From an uncultured Candidatus Saccharibacteria bacterium (GTDB lineage Bacteria; Patescibacteriota; Minisyncoccia; Phycocordibacterales; JAACPR01), in NCBI GenBank assembly GCA_964538855.1, contig CAZIEY010000001.1, positions 82,811 through 146,810 on the forward strand: DNA of 64,000 nucleotides. Reading direction: 5' to 3'. Shown here in pieces: positions 30,618-39,176 of this stretch. Positions within the stretch are counted from its first letter, which is position 1. Every line of letters begins with the position of its first letter. A model generated the notes under the pieces. It was not told the origin of the DNA, made no database searches, and was given only the letters and a program-made list of their open reading frames with translations. The translations under genes and the position numbers were made by a program.

Positions 30618-31577
30618 TCAAATCGAAAAATTCTTCAACGAATACAAATCATCATCCTCTCTTAATTCATTTTTTGGATGATCAGCAATTTCTGTTGGGG
30701 CCACTTCATCCACGCCAGCAAGCGCCGTTTCACGTCGAGCTGCTTCGCGAGTTCGCAAAATTTCCATAATTTTTCGGAGGCTTTCTTCATCAAAATAATC
30801 AATTTCAATGCGACCACCGATTTCGCGAGGTTCAATGTGCACACGTGTACCTAATGTAGAGCTAACTTCTTCTTCCCATTCCACAATTTCAGGGTTGAAC
30901 ATGCGTTCTTTCTTGCGCACTTTGTCATAGGCGATTTTGCGAGAAATTTTTTCCGCATCACGCACCGTCATTTTCTTGAGCAAAATTTCTCGGAATAATA
31001 CCATTTGTTCTTCGGGACGATCAGCAAGCATCAACAGTGGTCGTGTGTGCCCTTCTGAAATCTTTCGATCGCGCAATGCATCTTGCATTTCTTGAGGCAA
31101 CAACAAAATACGAATCGTGTTTGAAATATATTCGCGGCTGCGTCCTACTTTTTTACCAATTTCGGCATGCGTGAAATTAAATTTTTCAGCGAGTTGTTGG
31201 AATGCGAGCGCGCGATCAATCGAATTCAAATCTTCGCGTTGCAAGTTTTCGATAATGGCCAATTCGAGTTTCGTTTTATCATCATCCTGCGAAGAGCGAA
31301 TCAACGCCGGCACTTCTTTGAGCCCCGCCAATTTTGAAGCACGCAAACGTCGTTCACCCGCAATCAATTCATATTCAGATGCGATTCCCCCGTCGTCTTT
31401 GATGATTTCGCGACGTGTCACCACAAGCGGTTGCAAAATACCGTACATACGAATCGAGTCAGCCAATTCCTGGAGGCGATTCGGATCAAATTCTTTCCGA
31501 GGTTGAAAAGGGTTCGGCTTGATTTTGTCGACTTCGATAAAGAAGACGGCATTATTTTGAAATGAAGAGTGTTCCAT
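30618..31577 (-). CDS. parB: ParB/Spo0J partition protein
   Basis: NPFQPRK, LIAGERRLRA, ENLQREDL, HTH. Confidence 0.95.
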   Translation of the reverse strand: MEHSSFQNNAVFFIEVDKIKPNPFQPRKEFDPNRLQELADSIRMYGILQPLVVTRREIIKDDGGIASEYELIAGERRLRASKLAGLKEVPALIRSSQDDDKTKLELAIIENLQREDLNSIDRALAFQQLAEKFNFTHAEIGKKVGRSREYISNTIRILLLPQEMQDALRDRKISEGHTRPLLMLADRPEEQMVLFREILLKKMTVRDAEKISRKIAYDKVRKKERMFNPEIVEWEEEVSSTLGTRVHIEPREIGGRIEIDYFDEESLRKIMEILRTREAARRETALAGVDEVAPTEIADHPKNELREDDDLYSLKNFSI

Positions 31578-31671
31578 GCAGACTATCTTACCATATTGAT
31601 TTCGGATAAAAAATCGAGTACACTTCTCTTATTGTGCATTTCGGGTGGATATCTGAAATGTGCGCAAAATT

Positions 31672-31755
31672 GCCGGAGTGGCGGAATTGGTAGACGCGCA
31701 CGACTCAAAATCGTGTATTCGAGAGGATGTGAGGGTTCGAGTCCCTCCCCCGGCA
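31672..31755 (+). tRNA. tRNA-Leu(CAA)
   Basis: GCCGGAGTGGCGGAATTGGTAGACGCG; CACGA-CTCAAAA-TCGTG; long variable arm; GGTTCGAGTCCC. Confidence 0.95.
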
Positions 31756-31756
31756 C

Positions 31757-31969
31757 ATTATTAAAAAATCTCCTATTCTTTAGGGGATTTTTTAATAACT
31801 GTGTAAGGGATCTGGGACGAGAAAGGCGGAGGCGTGGGTCCCCTGTGTCGAGAGTATCGAGACCTGGGGCGCCGAGCCGGGGTCGCGAACACTTAGATTT
31901 TTATGAGTGAGTCCCTCGAGCGAAATAAAAAGCTTAGTGATTCGTGACCGAGTCCCTCCCCCGGCACCA
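31757..31969 (+). mobile_element. tRNA-associated structured element, copy at tRNA-Leu
   Basis: 19-bp direct repeat of tRNA 3' end (31738-31756 = 31949-31967); shared motifs. Confidence 0.75.
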
Positions 31970-32027
31970 TTCAAAATTGCAGGACTTAATTGCGTATGAT
32001 AGATTAACAATCAGAAAGGAGGGTCCC

Positions 32028-32456
32028 ATGACGGAACCTCGTGAAGTGTCGCCGACAATAAAGCTGCGTAATTCTCTTTTGGAAATCATCGAGCAGTCGC
32101 GCAGGCAAGACGTCGGCCTCGTATTCATTATAGAAAAATATTTATCACGTGAAGATATGGAGTTTGCATTCCCAATACAACAAATCGGAGTGTTCAAGGA
32201 TGATACCATAAAATTCTTCGTAGATAGACAGTTTTGGAGTATCAATGGTGTATGGTGTGTCAAAAAAGGCTGCACAACCATCGCATTCACAATAAATCCG
32301 CACTTTAAAATTCAAAGGAATGGTGATATTATCACATGGTCTATGGGGCAAGACCCTGGTGCAAAACCTCCACCACACACGCAAGGGATTATCATGCGTC
32401 ACGTGGTTTTTGAGAGAAAGTTACCAGCCCCCAAACAACTATATCTGAACCTGTAG
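32028..32456 (+). CDS. Hypothetical ORFan
   Basis: AGAAAGGAGG RBS before ATG; own promoter and terminator. Confidence 0.65.
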   Translation: MTEPREVSPTIKLRNSLLEIIEQSRRQDVGLVFIIEKYLSREDMEFAFPIQQIGVFKDDTIKFFVDRQFWSINGVWCVKKGCTTIAFTINPHFKIQRNGDIITWSMGQDPGAKPPPHTQGIIMRHVVFERKLPAPKQLYLNL

Positions 32457-32498
32457 CGCATTATATAAAAAATAATATGCGCTACAGGTTCGACTTTT
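32447..32498. terminator. Terminator hairpin between convergent genes
   Basis: GAACCTGTAGCGCAT / ATGCGCTACAGGTTC 15-bp inverted repeat plus T-tract. Confidence 0.75.
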
Positions 32499-33806
32499 TT
32501 ATTTCACCAGCTTTTGCAACTCTTCCCTCACCACAACTCGATCATCCCAGGGCGCAGATTTTTCACCAATCATAATCGACTGCTCCGCACCTTTACCTGT
32601 GATAAGCACCACATCTCCAGTTCTCGCTAATGTAAGCGCCTGATGAATCCCCGCGCGGCGATCTTCAATGACAAATAAATCTTTGCCACGAACTTTTCCA
32701 AACTTTTCAGCCACAATTGCAATATCCTCCAAAATTTTCTTCGGATCATCTTCGTATGGATCGACATTTGTCACCACCACAAAATCCGCCATCTTCGCAG
32801 AAAGCTCGCCCATAATTGCGCGCTTTGCCGTATCACGACCACCACCTTCGGCACCAAGTGCAATAATTGTTTTCGCACCAGCCGGTTTCATATTATTCGC
32901 GGTCTGCAACACATTCGTAATGCTTTGCTTTTCATGAGCATAGTCCACGAGCACGGTGAAATCTTGTCCTTCAATAATTTTTTCCATGCGACCAGGAATA
33001 ATTTTCAAGTCCAAAAGACCACGCGCAATTTCCGCATCGCTCGCCCCAAAAAGTCGCGCAATAATAATTCCGGGCATTGCATTGTACACATTAAACTTCC
33101 CTAAAATGCCAAGCTCGAAATTCGCAGAGTCGACACGGAATTTCACACCAGAACCAATTTCCTGAACCGCAGTCGCCACGACATTCGCCGGTTTTGAAAT
33201 TCCAAAGGTGATTTTTTTATCAGCTTTATGATTCAAATAGAAATCTGCGTGCTCACTATCAGCATTTGCAATGATAACTTTTTCAACACGTTTGCCCGAA
33301 ATCTTTTTCTGATGTGACGACAAGGCCGCAAACATCTTTGCCTTCATCTGTTTATATTTTTCAAAACTTCCATCATGCGAAGGCAAATGTTCCGGAGACA
33401 AATTCGTAAACACACCGATATCATAATAAATTCCAGTGTGACGAAATTGCTTGAGCCCCTCCGAAGTTGTCTCGACAATACAGAACTTGCACCCAGCACG
33501 AACCATCTCGGCCATTTTCTCTTGGATAACAAATCGCCCCGGCATCGTCATGTGATATTTATTCAAAAATTCTTGCTCTCCGATGCGGATATTTGCAGTG
33601 GTGATAATGCCAGTTGTATGACCACTTGCCATTAAACACGACCAAATAAAATTAATAGTGGAAGTTTTACCCTTGGTCCCCGTCACACCAATCACAATCA
33701 TTTTTTTCGAAGGAAATCCGAAATAAATTGTCGCACACATCGCGAGCATATAGTGATACAAGTACAAAAGTTGCTTTGGTAATAATTGTTTAATGAGTTT
33801 TTTCAT
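32499..33806 (-). CDS. murE: UDP-N-acetylmuramyl-tripeptide synthetase
   Basis: GVTGTKGKT, FTNLSPEH, PGRME, DYAH, GKGAE. Confidence 0.92.
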   Translation of the reverse strand: MKKLIKQLLPKQLLYLYHYMLAMCATIYFGFPSKKMIVIGVTGTKGKTSTINFIWSCLMASGHTTGIITTANIRIGEQEFLNKYHMTMPGRFVIQEKMAEMVRAGCKFCIVETTSEGLKQFRHTGIYYDIGVFTNLSPEHLPSHDGSFEKYKQMKAKMFAALSSHQKKISGKRVEKVIIANADSEHADFYLNHKADKKITFGISKPANVVATAVQEIGSGVKFRVDSANFELGILGKFNVYNAMPGIIIARLFGASDAEIARGLLDLKIIPGRMEKIIEGQDFTVLVDYAHEKQSITNVLQTANNMKPAGAKTIIALGAEGGGRDTAKRAIMGELSAKMADFVVVTNVDPYEDDPKKILEDIAIVAEKFGKVRGKDLFVIEDRRAGIHQALTLARTGDVVLITGKGAEQSIMIGEKSAPWDDRVVVREELQKLVK

Positions 33807-34831
33807 CGTAGTAATGATTTGAAATATCGACGGAGATTATACATATGATACCAAAATGAATTCGTAACTACATCAAAAAATTCAGAGCGAATTACAGCCT
33901 CTCCTCCAAATTTCTTTTTGAAGGTTGTGATACCGTCCCAACCCTTGTACGTATCTGATTCAGCAGAAATTGCGCCGAAACTATAAAAATCGCAGCCGAG
34001 TTTTTTTGCGTGGCACACTGCGCGCCACTGTGCCAAATACGTCGGCATGCGGTTTCGTTCGTCGGCACTCGATCCGCCAAAGACGTAATTCGCCACCCCA
34101 CTAAACACAATAACTAAATCAATCGCCAAAACTTTTTCACCGAATTTCGCAACAGAAATATAGGAATCTTTCGAATCAAGGCCTGCAAAAACATTCTGAT
34201 AGTATTCTTTGGAATGGAGATGGAAATTATTTCGTTTCGCAGTATCCACCATTAATTGATAAAAGATGTCGAAGTATTTCCCAAAGTTTTCGGTCACAAT
34301 TTCTGAAGTGATTTGTTTTCGTTCAGCGAGACGAATCGAGTAACGAGTCTTTTCATGCATGTCCATCAAAATTTCATTTTCTGTTTTGTCCAATTTCAAA
34401 AACCATTCTACGCGAGGCTGAAAATATGCCGAGTGATAGGTGCAACGTGGTGACTTGGTAAAAAGTTTCGATAACACATCCGGCGCGATTGGTGGTGAAA
34501 AATCAAGTCGAGCAAAAACCGCGTTCTCTGCGCGGGCAATTTTTTGCAACTCTTGCCTTAAAAAGACAAGGAGTGGTTCCGAAACGCTTTTCACGACCGG
34601 CCCGAGTGGTACATACAAATATGTTTTTCCAAACACGAGTGGAAATCGTAATATCTGGAAATATGCGACCGGACCAGTATCATCAGAAATTAAAAAACGC
34701 TTTACCTCTCGACCCAAATTTTTCTGCCAAGATCCATACACATCGGCCTGAGTAAATGGTACATGTTGCGAAAGAGTACTCGGATCAAAATGTTCCTTGT
34801 CGCTCAGGGCCTTAATAATAAACGTGTTCAT
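33803..34831 (-). CDS. FemABX-family peptidoglycan bridge aminoacyltransferase
   Basis: KTRYSIRLA, YVFGGS, YLAQW, GITTFKKKFGG. Confidence 0.92.
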   Translation of the reverse strand: MNTFIIKALSDKEHFDPSTLSQHVPFTQADVYGSWQKNLGREVKRFLISDDTGPVAYFQILRFPLVFGKTYLYVPLGPVVKSVSEPLLVFLRQELQKIARAENAVFARLDFSPPIAPDVLSKLFTKSPRCTYHSAYFQPRVEWFLKLDKTENEILMDMHEKTRYSIRLAERKQITSEIVTENFGKYFDIFYQLMVDTAKRNNFHLHSKEYYQNVFAGLDSKDSYISVAKFGEKVLAIDLVIVFSGVANYVFGGSSADERNRMPTYLAQWRAVCHAKKLGCDFYSFGAISAESDTYKGWDGITTFKKKFGGEAVIRSEFFDVVTNSFWYHMYNLRRYFKSLLR

Positions 34832-34965
34832 GGTGAATAAAAAATAATTTACGAGCTGATGCCTTGTTATAGAATAGTTTATCAATTTTTCGTGGTTACG
34901 CCAAATGTAGCATTGTCAAAACTTCCCATATGTGGTAATTTCATATATAGAAAGGAGGCAAACCA

Positions 34966-35217
34966 ATGAAAGCCTCGAATTTGATCAGGGTGATCTTTCT
35001 CGTCATAGCCCTGTTTGGCGCAGGTTGCTATGAGAACGAGCCGTACATCGAGAACCGTGAACGTCAAGCGCGGTATGAACGAATCTACTACAAATCAGGA
35101 GAACAATACACGCACGGGGATTACTATTACTACTCTGACGGCTACTGTCACTACTGCAATTATAGGCAAGACGGTACCCCGGAGTGCGGCGAGAAACGTT
35201 GGAGGGATGATCACTAA
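34966..35217 (+). CDS. Small putative lipoprotein (Tyr/Cys-rich ORFan)
   Basis: AGAAAGGAGG RBS; signal ending in lipobox-like GAGC. Confidence 0.65.
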   Translation: MKASNLIRVIFLVIALFGAGCYENEPYIENRERQARYERIYYKSGEQYTHGDYYYYSDGYCHYCNYRQDGTPECGEKRWRDDH

Positions 35218-35298
35218 GAACACCACCACCCCTCGCGAACAGTTATCCCGAAAACCCGCCGCCAACGGGTTTTCCTTTTTATACTCATCAAATGTTTT

Positions 35299-36198
35299 AT
35301 GAAAAAAATAAAATCTAAGCCAAAAATCATCGTAATCCTCGGCCCGACCGCAACCGGCAAAAGTGACCTCGCGGTGAAAATCGCACGTACATGTAACGGC
35401 GAGGTTATTTCGGCTGACTCACGCCAAGTATATCGCGGCATGGACTTGGGCTCAGGAAAAATTACGCATGCGGAAATGCGTAACGTGCCACATCACTTGA
35501 TTGATGTCGCATCGCCTCGTTCGGTATACAATGTTGCGAAATTTCAACGCGACGCATATAAAGCCATCGATGACATTATTGCTCGCGGTAAAACTCCAAT
35601 CGTATGCGGAGGCACCGGTTTTTATATTCAATCAATTGTTGACGGCGTCATCGTTCCAGAAGTTCCTCCAAATCACGCACTCCGTAAAAAACTGGCGCGT
35701 ATGACGATAGACAAATTGTGCGAGAAGCTTAAACAATTAGATCCAGAACGATTGGCTGACATCGACACACAAAATCCCGTGCGCCTCATTCGAGCAATTG
35801 AAATTGCAACTGCGCTTGGTGCCGTGCCACAGATTGTGAAACAGCCACGATACAATTGTCTGCAAATCGGATTGACTATTCCCTTTGAAGAACTCGAGAA
35901 AAAGATTGCGAAACGCCTCACGAAGCGTATGAAACTTGGGATGCTCGACGAAGCAAAAAAGCTGCGCAAGGCCGGCATGTCGTGGAAACGAATGGAGTCA
36001 TTCGGGCTTGAATATCGATTCATGGCGCAATTTTTGCAAAAGAAAATTTCACGCGCTGAAATGATCGAGCAAATTCGTGTAAAAAGTTTACAATTTGCAA
36101 AGCGACAGATGCGGTGGTTTAAACGAGATGAGAGAGTGAACTGGTTTGCACCACATGACTTAAAAGGAATTTGTAAGATGTGGCATGGGTTTTTATAA
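35299..36198 (+). CDS. miaA: tRNA dimethylallyltransferase
   Basis: GPTATGKS, SADSRQVYRGMD, GGTGFY, KRQMRWF. Confidence 0.97.
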   Translation: MKKIKSKPKIIVILGPTATGKSDLAVKIARTCNGEVISADSRQVYRGMDLGSGKITHAEMRNVPHHLIDVASPRSVYNVAKFQRDAYKAIDDIIARGKTPIVCGGTGFYIQSIVDGVIVPEVPPNHALRKKLARMTIDKLCEKLKQLDPERLADIDTQNPVRLIRAIEIATALGAVPQIVKQPRYNCLQIGLTIPFEELEKKIAKRLTKRMKLGMLDEAKKLRKAGMSWKRMESFGLEYRFMAQFLQKKISRAEMIEQIRVKSLQFAKRQMRWFKRDERVNWFAPHDLKGICKMWHGFL

Positions 36199-36283
36199 TT
36201 ACTATTAAATTTGACAAAGCATATTTATATATGTAATGTATAGATGAAGCCCCGATCTTTGACCCACCCACAGGAGAACTGTT

Positions 36284-36544
36284 ATGCCCATCAAGTTGTG
36301 CGCCTGGATTGTAATCTTTTCCATACCTATAAAGGCCTTTTTCAAGTGGGCACAAAGAAAAATAACGTGCCCATACTGCAAAAAACCGACCTTGCCTTGC
36401 AGACTGGAAAGGGCGCCGCTCACCGTATGGTGCCCAAAGTGCAAATACCGTAGCCAACTCTTACCTTCTGGGTATTGGACCAGCGGTTGGTACAACTGGA
36501 GAACCGATCCTAAAATCCCGAAAAAATATAGGCTCCCACGCTAA
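36284..36544 (+). CDS. Small ORFan with zinc-ribbon motif
   Basis: GGAG RBS; CPYC...CPKC; own promoter and terminator. Confidence 0.55.
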   Translation: MPIKLCAWIVIFSIPIKAFFKWAQRKITCPYCKKPTLPCRLERAPLTVWCPKCKYRSQLLPSGYWTSGWYNWRTDPKIPKKYRLPR

Positions 36545-36611
36545 CACAGCGTCCGGGAAAAACCGCCGATCCAATGAGGTCGGCGTGTTTATTTTTTAGG
36601 CTAACCCGTAA

Positions 36612-37073
36612 TTATTCTTCAAAACCCCGATACTCTAGTTTTGTAATATTGTATGGAATATGTATTGAAGTTATCTTATCGAGCAAGGTACCGTCCTCTT
36701 CTGCATAATAGACAGCGACGGATCCTGATTCGAAAACAGGTACTATATAATCCCCTTCACATCGTATTGTTCGAGAAATATCGTCGAAATCCACTGCCGC
36801 ATCTTCACAACTGAGAATTGCTTGTTTATACATCACATTTTCATACCAAGCTCTAAAAACTAATCCAGATTCACACACCATTATCCCGGTACAAACCGGA
36901 GCAAAGTCCAAGTCATAAAACACAGTATCTTTTTCTGTCAGTGATTCAGATAAAATAGTTTTAATAGGCTGTTTATCGATTTTATATTTAGCCGGGAAAA
37001 ACTGATAATCGATCACTAAAAGGATAGTAATGGCTGCGAAAATACAAAGTGAATATTTTATAGTTTTCTTCAT
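36612..37073 (-). CDS. Hypothetical secreted/membrane-anchored protein
   Basis: N-terminal signal/TM, four Cys in the mature part. Confidence 0.65.
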   Translation of the reverse strand: MKKTIKYSLCIFAAITILLVIDYQFFPAKYKIDKQPIKTILSESLTEKDTVFYDLDFAPVCTGIMVCESGLVFRAWYENVMYKQAILSCEDAAVDFDDISRTIRCEGDYIVPVFESGSVAVYYAEEDGTLLDKITSIHIPYNITKLEYRGFEE

Positions 37074-37104
37074 GTGATTATACTAGCTTACATTATATAT
37101 CACT

Positions 37105-37333
37105 TGCGGGTCCACCACTCTCGGTCACGAATCACTAAGTAAAATGCTTCGCCTCGACCATATTTCGATAGATGATGACGGCTCGCATTTTACAAAGTGT
37201 TCGCGACCCCGGCTCGGCCATCCCAGATTTCGCTGCGCTCCATACTGGGACCCTTGGCCTGCGCCTTTCGAATCCTGGTGGACCTCGCAACAAAAATCGC
37301 CGCCTCCTCTCGGAGACGGCTCATTTTGTTGTG
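37105..37333 (-). mobile_element. tRNA-associated structured element, copy at tRNA-Trp
   Basis: 13-bp direct repeat (37105-37117), inverted copy of tRNA 3' end (~37267-37297), shared motifs. Confidence 0.75.
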
Positions 37334-37405
37334 CGGGTCCACCAGGATTCGAACCTGGAACCTCAGTTTTGGAGACCGATGTTTTACCATTGAAACTATA
37401 GACCC
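37334..37405 (-). tRNA. tRNA-Trp(CCA)
   Basis: GGGTCTA/TGGACCC acceptor; TCGGT-CTCCAAA-ACTGA; GGTTCGAATCC. Confidence 0.95.
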
Positions 37406-37432
37406 TAGAAATAAGATTCTAACATAAAACGA

Positions 37433-37515
37433 GCAAATAAAAAGTACTCAAATTTTGAAGTCCTCGGGTCGCTCTGCTCAACCAGACATTCAAAATTTGA
37501 GTACTTTTTATTTGC
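37433..37515. repeat. 27-bp perfect inverted repeat around a conserved core, downstream of rpmG
   Basis: Arms 37433-37459 / 37489-37515; core related to 53187-53251. Confidence 0.9.
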
Positions 37516-37529
37516 CTGCTACGAGAATC

Positions 37530-37685
37530 CTACTTCTTCACTTCTTTGAACACTACAACCTTTCGTAATTTTCGGCTGAATTTTCGTAATTCCAATTTTT
37601 CCGCGTTATTTTTACGATTTTTTCTAGAATAATAAACTTCGCCAGTTGGCTTGTGCTTTAAAATGACTAATTTCTCTTGTGACAT
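37530..37685 (-). CDS. rpmG: 50S ribosomal protein L33 (Cys-free), not in the ORF track
   Basis: MSQEKLVILKHKPTGEVYYSRKNRKNNAEKLELRKFSRKLRKVVVFKEVKK. Confidence 0.93.
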   Translation of the reverse strand: MSQEKLVILKHKPTGEVYYSRKNRKNNAEKLELRKFSRKLRKVVVFKEVKK

Positions 37686-37782
37686 AGTTAAACTAGATTA
37701 CTATATTATTAAGGTTTTAGCAACTGTTTATAGGTCAAAAATGACTTGACATAGAGGCATTAAACGTGGTATTATACGCATT

Positions 37783-39132
37783 ATGTCAGAAAACACAAAC
37801 GTATTTAAAAACATATTCACCAAGGCGCTTTTCATCCTTGGCATTATCATAATCGTAGTAATTTTGGCTTTCGCGGTGATTAAAATCATGCCGAAGGTAT
37901 TTTCAGGCTTTGCATCAGTCGGAAAAATCTTTAAATCCCCTTTTGTTGATAAAACCATCAGTATTTCTTCAGCAAATGACGACGATTTGAAATCTGGCGA
38001 GACAACCGTGCTTGCATGGGAATACGAACCAACAGAAGAAGGTTCATATATTTTGAAATACTCTTGTGTGAGCAATGTTCAATTATCGATGGCGACCACA
38101 AACGGTTTGCAGCGATTGATTTGTAATACTCCTTATACGTTTGGCGCAGATATCCAAGCAGTTGAAATCACACCTACTTTAACCAAAGAAAATATTGATG
38201 TCACTATTCCTTTTTCTATTGAATTTATTAACGACGAGGATGACTCAGTAGCAGATGGTGATGTAAAAATTGGCGTAACAAATAAAAAAGGAGACGCGCT
38301 CGCAAGCGCAGGTACAATCATCAGCACCACTCCTGTTATTACTGGTGCTGCGAATAATCAACCAACAACACCTCCAGCAGTACGACCAACAACACCTACG
38401 AACACACAACCGGTTTATAATTACCCACGAATCGCAGATATCGCCCTCTCAAACATGGTGGATACAGGAAACGGTTTGATTTCATTCACAGTTTCAAATA
38501 TCGGTTCAGCTGTTACAGGAAATTGGGTATTTAATTACACAACTCCAGACGGCGAGACGACTTATTCCCCTACCCAAGTTTCACTTAATCCAGGTGATGC
38601 AATCCGATACACTTTGCGATTCACAGATTTGACCGAAGGAACAATGACAGTAGTCGCTGATCCTCAAAACTTTGTGTATGAAACAAACAACTCGAACAAC
38701 TCTATTTCGATGCGGGTAAGTGAAAATGGTAATGGTGGCGGTTCCGTTGACTATGACCGAAACGATGATGCCGACCTAGAAATCGACTCGTTTGAAGTCG
38801 GTCGTATGGATGGTAATCGATTCCGCGAAGACGACACGATTGACGAGGATGACGACGCAGCCGTTCAATTCACAGTTATCAACCGTGGTGGCGAATCAAC
38901 TGGTTCATGGAGATTTGAAATCGAAAACACTCCTGACGATGACGACGACTACCGATCACGAGTTCAATCATCAATGCGTCCGGGCGAATCTCGCACATTT
39001 ACTGTCGAATTCGAAAACCCAGACACTGGCACATTCCGAATGAAATTGACTGTCGATTCTGATGACGACGTCGACGAAGAAGACGAAAACAATAACGACG
39101 AGACAGAGGAATTAGAAGTAGAGCCAGATTAA
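37783..39132 (+). CDS. Membrane-anchored CARDB-domain surface protein
   Basis: N-terminal TM; VADPQNFVYETNNSNN and VDSDDDVDEEDENNN CARDB ends; TTGACA promoter. Confidence 0.85.
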   Translation: MSENTNVFKNIFTKALFILGIIIIVVILAFAVIKIMPKVFSGFASVGKIFKSPFVDKTISISSANDDDLKSGETTVLAWEYEPTEEGSYILKYSCVSNVQLSMATTNGLQRLICNTPYTFGADIQAVEITPTLTKENIDVTIPFSIEFINDEDDSVADGDVKIGVTNKKGDALASAGTIISTTPVITGAANNQPTTPPAVRPTTPTNTQPVYNYPRIADIALSNMVDTGNGLISFTVSNIGSAVTGNWVFNYTTPDGETTYSPTQVSLNPGDAIRYTLRFTDLTEGTMTVVADPQNFVYETNNSNNSISMRVSENGNGGGSVDYDRNDDADLEIDSFEVGRMDGNRFREDDTIDEDDDAAVQFTVINRGGESTGSWRFEIENTPDDDDDYRSRVQSSMRPGESRTFTVEFENPDTGTFRMKLTVDSDDDVDEEDENNNDETEELEVEPD

Positions 39133-39135
39133 TTA

Positions 39136-39175
39136 AATAAAAAACACCTCGCACATCGCGAGGTGTTTTTTATTT
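39136..39175. terminator. Bidirectional intrinsic terminator
   Basis: AATAAAAAACACCTCGC-ACATC-GCGAGGTGTTTTTTATT between convergent genes. Confidence 0.9.
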
Positions 39176-39176
39176 T

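Noticed and set aside
18017-31967. Prophage or genomic island bounded by tRNA att repeats
   Set aside because: Each duplication is only ~180-230 bp from its own tRNA; intervening DNA is housekeeping and there is no integrase.
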